The translations under genes were made by a program, and so were the position numbers. Source: a bacterium (GTDB lineage: Bacteria > Patescibacteriota > Minisyncoccia > Phycocordibacterales > JBBTRF01). From it: a DNA stretch of 64,000 bases. The notes beneath the pieces were generated by a model. The model did no database searches. It worked only from the letters and a program-made list of their open reading frames with translations, and was not told where the DNA came from. Location: NCBI GenBank assembly GCA_037130265.1, contig JBAXTI010000002.1, positions 26,870-90,869 on the forward strand, written 5' to 3'. Shown here one piece after another: positions 47,001 to 56,000 of this stretch (positions within the stretch are counted from its first letter, which is position 1; the number at the start of each line of letters is the position of its first letter).

Positions 47001-50000
47001 ACGTCAGATTCTACTGGTCTGTACAAGATAAATGGCTCAACGATGTTGTCTGCTTCGACCACTAACGCCAACTATTTCTTCGGTACGAGCCCGGCAACGC
47101 TTCAAACAACCTTCTCAGGCACAAACAACTTTGGCCTCGGCTTGAACGACCTCAACGCCAATACCACAGGCTCTGGAAACGTCGCGATGGGTCGAGACGC
47201 GATGTTGGCAAATACTACGGGCGCCACAAACGTGGCGATCGGTTATTTGGCGTTCCGCAATGCAACCACTTCAGGTTCTGATAACGTGGCGATCGGTAAC
47301 TTGGCGCTTGCGGGGACGGCGAGCGTTGCAAACACGGGCAGTAACAACGTTGCCATTGGTCCATCAGCTCTGTTTGCTAACACATCGGGTGCTAGTAATG
47401 TCGCTATTGGTCCGAGTGCGCTCGCCTCAAACACCACCGGACAATTCAATATCGGTATTGGAAATCAGGCCATGACATCAAACGCGGCAGGACAGAACAA
47501 CACGGTCCTCGGTGTCAGCTCGATGAAGTATACGAAAACGGGTAACTACAACGTTGCCATCGGTACTTCGGCGAACCAGTACAACATGTCAGCTACCTCT
47601 ACGACTATCGTTGGAGAAGAGGCTGCGCAGGGTGTGAATAATGTTTCTTACTTCCAAAATGTAACTGCTTTGGGGTACCGTTCGTTGTATGCCATTACAA
47701 CAGCAGATGACACCACGGCTGTCGGTTATGGTTCTGGTGGGTCAGTAACGAGTGGAGTACAAAACACCTTTGTGGGTTCAAACTCAGGTGGAGGTGTTAC
47801 GACGGGTTCAGGCAACACACTCATTGGATACAACACAACCGCGACCGGAGCTACAATCTCAAATGCTATCGCTATCGGTTCGGGAGCGTCGGTAGGTTGT
47901 TCGAACTGTGCGGTGTTGGGCGGTACGAGTGGATCCGCAGTGATTGTCGGTGTGGGCACTTCTACTCCATATGCAAAGTTGAGTATTCAAAACGGTGTTG
48001 CCGCTACTACTACTATGGCACTTGTTCCTGCTGCTTTACAAACTGCCAACATCCTCGACATCTACAACACCGCCTCGACTCCTGTCCTTACCTCGGTGAT
48101 TACTTCCGCAGGCAAGTGGGGTATCGGCACCACTTCTCCAGGACAGATGTTGTCTGTCGGCGGCGACATCTTGGGTAACGTCCATATCGGTACATACTTC
48201 ACCGCGACCTCAACTACCGTCGCCTCAACCTTCCCATACGCTTCTACTACAGCACTCTCAGTCTCTGGAGCTTCATACTTCACCGGCCTTGCCACCCTTG
48301 GTAACGCTTCTACCACCCAGATCGGCTCGACCGGTTCTGCTTACTTCGTGACAAGTGGAACGGGAAGTGTGGGTATCGGCACCACCTCTCCCGCTACCAC
48401 ACTCTCTGTCGTTGGTAGCATTTACAATACAGGCGGTATCGGAGTAGGAAAGCTAAATACTACAGCCAACACCATTGACCTCGGTGTGGGTGCCACAGGT
48501 GCTACGTCAGGACTATACAAAATCAACGGTACCACTGTCGTCTCCGCTTCCTCGACCCTCAGTAACTTCTTCTTTGGAACGCTTCCTCCAACACTCAGTA
48601 CAACCATGACAGGTTCTAACAACAACGGTATCGGTGCTGGTGCATTAAACTCTCTCACCACAGGTCTTGAGAACAATGCTATCGGAGTAAACGCTGCTGC
48701 AAACCTCACAACTGGACAGTACAACATCGCTATTGGGCGAGATGCGATGCTCGCTAATACCGTCGGTAATAGAAACATTGCTATTGGCTATTTGGCAGAC
48801 CGAAACGCTACATCTTCATCTGTAGATAACATTATGATTGGTCAGAGTGCGGGTGCAGGTGTTGCGGCGAGTGGTCGAATCAGCACCTCTATTGGAAACA
48901 TCGGTATTGGTAACAGTTCCCTAAAACTTGTAACGTCTGGTACATATAATACGGCGGTTGGGTATGGCACTGCTTCAAACCTAGCAGATGGTTCACAGAA
49001 TATGTTCTTCGGAGCCTTTTCGGGAGCAGCCATGACTTCGGGAGGAGGAAACGCTGCGATTGGGTACAATGCAATGGGACTCACAACGTCGGGTTCAAAC
49101 AACCTAGCAGTCGGCACGAATTCTCTAATGGGAAACATCACAGGTATACGAAACGTATGTGTCGGTACGGGCTGTTCACAGTATAACCAATCAGCAACTT
49201 CCACTGTTGCCATTGGATATGCGGCGGCACAGGGTTCAAGTAACTACAGCGCACAAGGTATCGTAGCAATAGGAGATGCGGCACTCAGCTCGGTAACAAC
49301 AGCTTCGGACTACAATACCGCTATCGGGTATCAAGCTGGATACAGCAACGCAAACGGTACAGGAAATACATACATTGGCGCAAGTGCTGGTGTCAACAAT
49401 ACGTCAGGTTCAAATAACATCATGATTGGGCGAGCTACAGACTTTGCTGGCAACATTTCCTACTACATGAACATTGGAAACTTCCTATACGCTACCTCAA
49501 CAACGGCAGGAAGTGCCTTCGGGTCGTTCGGCATCGCTACCACAACACCTTCTGCTCGGTTCTCAATTAAGGGACTAGGTACTGGTACTGGTCGTTTACT
49601 CGCTTTCTCCGACTCAAGCAACGTGGAGCGACTGACGATGTTTGATAACGGTAATGTCGGCATCGGCACCACTTCTCCATGGCGAACACTTTCGGTGAAC
49701 GGCTCATCTGACCTCGGTACCAACGCTCTCGCTGGATACTTCACCGCAACCTCGACCACCGCTTCCACCCTCCCATACGCTTCCACCACCGCACTCTCCG
49801 TCTCCGGAGCTTCATACTTCACCGGCCTTTCAACCTTTGCCAACCTCCTCGCAACCGGCTCCACCACCCTCCAAAACTTCACCTTCGTAAATGCAACTGG
49901 TACCAGTGCTACCACCACCAACTTCTTTGCAACCACGGCGTCTTCAACTAACCTCTTTGCAAGTACCGCCAATCTCAACGCAGCAACCATCGGTACTACT

Positions 50001-53000
50001 CTCGGAGTCACCGGTGCTACTACTCTCTCCTCAACTCTCAATGTCACCGGCCTCACCACCCTTGGCAACGCTTCTACTACCCAGATCGGCTCAACCGGTT
50101 CTGCGTACTTTGCGACGAGTGGGGGGAATGTGGGCATCGGGACGACATCGCCTGGTTCGAAACTTGATGTAAACGGAGATATCAATGCGAACACTTATTA
50201 TCGTTATAAAGGCGGGATATTTGTCAACGCATCATCAACTAAACAGAATATGTTCGTCGGTATGGGTGCTGGAAATCTCACCACAACTGGAATTGGTAAT
50301 ACTGCGATTGGATATAATTCTGGCGCTGCACTAACAACTCAAAATGCCAGCATTAATCCTTTTCCAGTTCAAGCTGACACATTCATTGGAACGAACGCTG
50401 GCGCAGCGAATACTTCAGGAGATTCTAACGTTTTTGTAGGTTACAATGCTGGCGCAGTAAATACTTGTGGTCGCTCGACAGTTGCAATCGGTGCCTATGC
50501 TGGGGCGAGCTATGTGAGTGAGCCTGGATGTCCAGATATTGAAAATGGACTAAACGTCTTTATCGGTTCAGCTGCTGGACAATATATTACTGCTGGTTTG
50601 CATAACGTCTTTATTGGTGAAGATACTGGGCTACTCATGCAAAGTGGCTCGAACAACACCTTCCTTGGTTCGCATGCGGGCACAGGAATACTTACTGGCA
50701 ATGAAAGCACATACATCGGCGGTAGTGCTGGAGATTTCGCTTCAACTACTGGTGATGGAAACATCGGTATCGGAGTAAGATCTGCTCTATATCTTGATGG
50801 TTCCGCACAGTATAACGTTTTTCTTGGGAATGGCGCTGGCGCAGGTACTGAGGCTAATCCTAACGTAGCTTCGTTTAACACAGCTGTTGGTACTGGGGCA
50901 GGTTATCTGTTGACTACAGCCACTGGCGCAACTTTCTTGGGCTATCAAGCTGGATTGCAGGTCACCACTGGATACAGTAACACTCTTGTCGGTTATCAAG
51001 CCGGGTGGAATCTAGTGAGCGGTGTAAATAACACCTTCTTGGGTTATCAGGCTGGTTATAATACAACTGGTTCAGCAAATATTTTCCTTGGTGATCAGGC
51101 GGGAGCTTCTAATACTACTGGCTCAAACCAGTTTGTGGCCGGTGGAGATCATGCAAACTATCTCATTAGCGATGTATATTTCGGTCGAGGTATAAACAGC
51201 GCGACTCCTAGCACGTACACTATCCACGGAACTGGTGGCCTCGGTACAAATATTACTGGTGGTGATATCAATATTGCTGGTGGAGCAGGAACAGGATCTG
51301 GAGTGGGTGGAAATATCATTTTCCAGACTTCGAATACTGGGAGCTCAGGAACTACTTTGAATACGCTCTCCGAAAAAATAAGAATTACTAATTCTGGGAA
51401 AATAGGCATCGGTACTACAACCCCATGGAGGACGCTCTCCGTGAACGGATCATCCGATCTCGGTACCAACGCTCTCGCTGGATACTTCACCGCAACCTCG
51501 ACCACCGCTTCCACCCTCCCATACGCTTCCACCACCGCACTCTCCGTCTCCGGAGCTTCATACTTCACCGGCCTTTCAACCTTTGCCAACCTCCTCGCCA
51601 CCGGATCTTCCACCCTCCAGAACTTCACCTTCGTGAATGCTACTGGTACCTCAGCTACCACCACCAACTTCTTTGCTACTACTGCATCTTCTACTAACCT
51701 CTTCGCAAGTACCGCTACATTCAACGCCGCTTCAATTGGTACCACTCTTTCAGTCACTGGCCTTACCACTCTCGGCAACGCTTCTACTACTCAGATTGGT
51801 TCAACTGGTTCTGCATACTTTGCGACGAGTGGGGGGAATGTGGGCATCGGGACGACGACGCCAGATGGAAATTTAACTGTATATAATCCGTCAGGAGCAA
51901 GCACAGTAGATATTATGGGAAGTAGTGCTGGGTCATTGCTTAGGATTTCCCAGGGAAGCACTTTGGCTCAAGGAACAATTGATTTGGGAGTACACTCACC
52001 ACAGGCTGGTTTATTCCGTAGTGGCGGCACAAGTGGATTTGTTGCGTACGATACTGGGACTGGTGACACTATATTGAATAATGTTTTCGGTGGATCTAGT
52101 TTGTTGAGATTAAATTACGGTGGGACTACGGCTTTGGCAATAAATAGTAGTGGCAACGTCGGCATCGGCACCACCTCTCCTGGCCAGAAGCTTTCAGTGG
52201 CGGGAGATATCTTGGGTAATGTCCACATCGGTACATACTTCACTGCAACCTCCACTGCCGTGGCTTCTACCTTCCCATACGCCTCAACCACTGCACTCTC
52301 AGTCTCTGGAGCTTCATACTTCACCGGCCTTTCAACCTTTGCCAACCTCCTCGCAACCGGCTCCACCACCCTCCAAAACTTCACCTTCGTAAATGCAACA
52401 GGAACTAATGCAACGACAACGAATTTCTTTGCAACTACGGCGAGTTCAACTAATCTTTTTGCTTCAACTGCCACCCTCAACACTGCTTCAATTGCAAATA
52501 CTCTCAATGTCACCGGCCTCACCACCCTTGGCAACGCTTCTACTACCCAGATCGGCTCAACCGGTTCTGCGTACTTTGCGACGAGTGGGGGGAATGTGGG
52601 CATCGGGACGACGAGCCCGACGACGGCTTTGTTGGCAATCCAAAATAGTTCTGGACATTCATTCGATATATTTAGCACCGCAAATGGTTCTGCTGGGACA
52701 GCGATGACGATCAATGTAAATACTAGTTCAGCAAAAGCTCTGCAGATCAATTCAAATACGACAGACACCCCAATTACTGTGACTCACGTAGATCCTGGAA
52801 ACGTCCGAAATGCGGATATTTTCGGTATCAATATAAGTGAGACCCTAAACTCGATTGGCAATATCGGTGCCAATGATTACAAGTACGGTGGCGGAAACTT
52901 TGAGGTAACACAAAATGCTTCACCAGCTACTGCAAAAGATGTGTTCGGTGTTCGAGGAGTTTCAACAGCAAACAATGTTAATTTTACTGCGTACGGCGGA

Positions 53001-56000
53001 TATTTTAGTGGTAACTCAACGAACGGTACAGCTTACGGTGTCTATTCAGCTGCCGGAAAGAACTATTTTAACGGCAACCTCGGCATCGGCACCACCACTC
53101 CAGGCCAGAAGCTTTCGGTAGCGGGGGATATTTTGGGTAACAATATTATCGGCTCATACTTCACGGCGACTTCGACAACCGCTTCCTCGACTCTCAATTC
53201 CGCCCTTGGCATCGGCACGACAACCCCAAGTGCACGTTTGGCGATCACTGGATACGGCACCGCTGACACTGGCCGAGCTTTTGCGATCGCCAATAGTTCA
53301 AATGCTGAAAAGCTTTACGTGACAGACAGTGGCAAGACACGATTCAGTAATTTTGTGGCAATTAACTCTGATCCAAGCACAAACAACGGCACCGGCGCGA
53401 CTCTGTACGTAAAGCAGACTACGGGCTCGACAGGGTTCCCGTTCCAGGTTGTGAACACTTCAGATACAAACCTGTTCAGTGTAGATACATCTGGAAATAC
53501 AAACACAGCTGGCTCCGTCACCGCTTCTGCAAATGGATTCATTACTTCGTCCAGTGGAGGCGCTGCCTTCTTGCGCTTGACGCATACCTCCGGACGCTCA
53601 TTTGAAGTTCGCAGTAATAGTTCTTCGTATTTCTCTATCTACGACGCGACAGCTTCTGCTGATCGGTTGGTTGTGGCTGGCATTGGCACTGTTGGTATCG
53701 GCACCACCACCCCCTACGCTCAACTTTCTATTGTCAGCGGTGCCGCAGCCACCACCACTCTTGCCCTCAAGCCAGCCGCATCTCAAACCGCCAATATCCT
53801 GGATATCTACAGCAATGACGCAACTCCTGTCTTGAAATCGGTCATCACAGCGGCGGGCAAGTTCGGCCTCGGCACCACCTCCCCTTGGCGCACCCTCTCC
53901 GTGAACGGCTCATCAGACCTCGGTACCAACGCTCTTGCAGGGTACTTCACAGCTACTTCATCAACTGCCTCAGTCTTCACATATGCATCGACGACCGCAA
54001 TCTCTGCATCGGGTTCGGCATACTTTGCTACGAGTGGGGGAAATGTGGGTATCGGCACCACCTCTCCTTGGCGAACTCTCTCGGTCAACGGCTCATCCGA
54101 CCTCGGTACCAACGCTCTCGCTGGTTCCTTTACCGCAACTTCTACGACTGCCACTTCCACCTTTGCTGGCTTTATTGACGTCAATGGTACCGGCTCCAAT
54201 GCCACTTCCACCTTTGCTTCAAATCTTTGGGTGAAGGGTGCGATGAAGATCGGTACAAACTCGATCTATCTGAATGGTGCAGCGACTTCCACCTTCGGTG
54301 CAGGTATCAATCTCACCACTGGCTGCTTCTCGGTGAACGGTACTTGTGTTGGTGGTTCGAGTGCGGCAGTGGCAATTGGTAGTGCTATTACTGGCGGTAC
54401 CGCTGGCTCAGCGCTTTTCGTGGACGTTTCTGGAAATATTGCTCAGGACAATACGAATTTCTTCTGGGACAACTCGAGCAAATATTTAGGAATCCAAACT
54501 GCCACCCCAGGGTATCCTCTTGATGTAAATGGCACCGCTCATGCGACGACCTTGAACGCGGGCACCATTACCGACGGTGCAGGCTTTACTGTTACCGGAG
54601 GCACTATTGGTGGGGGTGTATGGAACGGCACAGCAATCGGTACAACGTACGGTGGCACTGGTATTAACTCTTCAGGCTCAACTGGTGTGGCTCAGATATC
54701 TTCAGGAACCTGGAGCGTCGGAGCTATCGATATTAGTTCCTCAAGCAATGTCACGGGCACATTGTCAGTGGCAAATGGCGGTACTGGCGCGACCTCATAC
54801 ACCGCTGGGTCAATTACTTTCTCAGATGGTACGAATCTTACGCAGGATAATGCAAACCTGTTCTGGAACAACTCGAGCAAATATTTAGGAATCCAAACTG
54901 CCACCCCAGGGTATCCTCTTGATGTAAATGGCACCGCTCATGCGACGACCTTGAACGCGGGCACCATTACCGACGGTGCAGGCTTTACTGTTACCGGAGG
55001 CACTATTGGTGGGGGTGTATGGAACGGCACAGCAATCGGTACAACGTACGGTGGCACTGGTATTAACTCTTCAGGCTCAACTGGTGTGGCTCAGATATCT
55101 TCAGGAACCTGGAGCGTCGGAGCTATCGATATTAGTTCCTCAAGCAATGTCACGGGCACATTGTCAGTGGCAAATGGCGGTACTGGCGCGACCTCATACA
55201 CCGCTGGGTCAATTACTTTCTCAGATGGTACGAATCTTACGCAGGATAATGCAAACCTGTTCTGGAATAATTCCACAAAGGCTTTGGGAATTGGCGATAC
55301 TGCTCCTGGTGCGAAGCTTTCGGTAGTGGGTAATGCATCGATTGGTTATGCGACTGGTCAGACCGCGCCGACAAACGGATTGTTAGTGGCTGGTAGTGTC
55401 GGCATCGCCACCACTTCTCCAAGCCTCGCAACGTTTACTGTTGAGGGAGGTTCAGGTGCCACAACAGCTTTCTTCACAGGGAGCGTCAATAGCTATCAGG
55501 AGGTGCTTAATCAAAATCGAAGCAATGGTACGAGTGCTTCGACTGACTTTGTTGCAGTAAACAATATCGGTAATGCAAGTTCTTACTACGTGAATTTGGG
55601 TATTAATAGTTCTGGTAATGCCGACCCTTCTTACACCCTCTTCTCCGCAAATGACGCCTACCTATACTCGAGTGATTCAGCCTTAAACCTCGGTACTGCA
55701 AGCACTACCAACACGAACGCAGTCATCAAATTCTTCACTGCTGGCACGGTCGCTGGCAAGGAGCGTGCCCGGTTCAGTTCGACGGGTAACTTCGGCATCG
55801 GCACGACCTCCCCTGGCCAGCTCCTTTCAGTCGCAGGTGATATTTTGGGCAACAATATTATTGGCAGCTACTTTACGGCGACGAGTACGACAGCGACATC
55901 GACCCTCGCTGGGGGATTTACCATGGGTTCAAGTGGTCTTAATGCGTATGCAAACGGCAAGGTTGGCATCGGCACAACCACCCCACAGTGGCTGCTCAAC

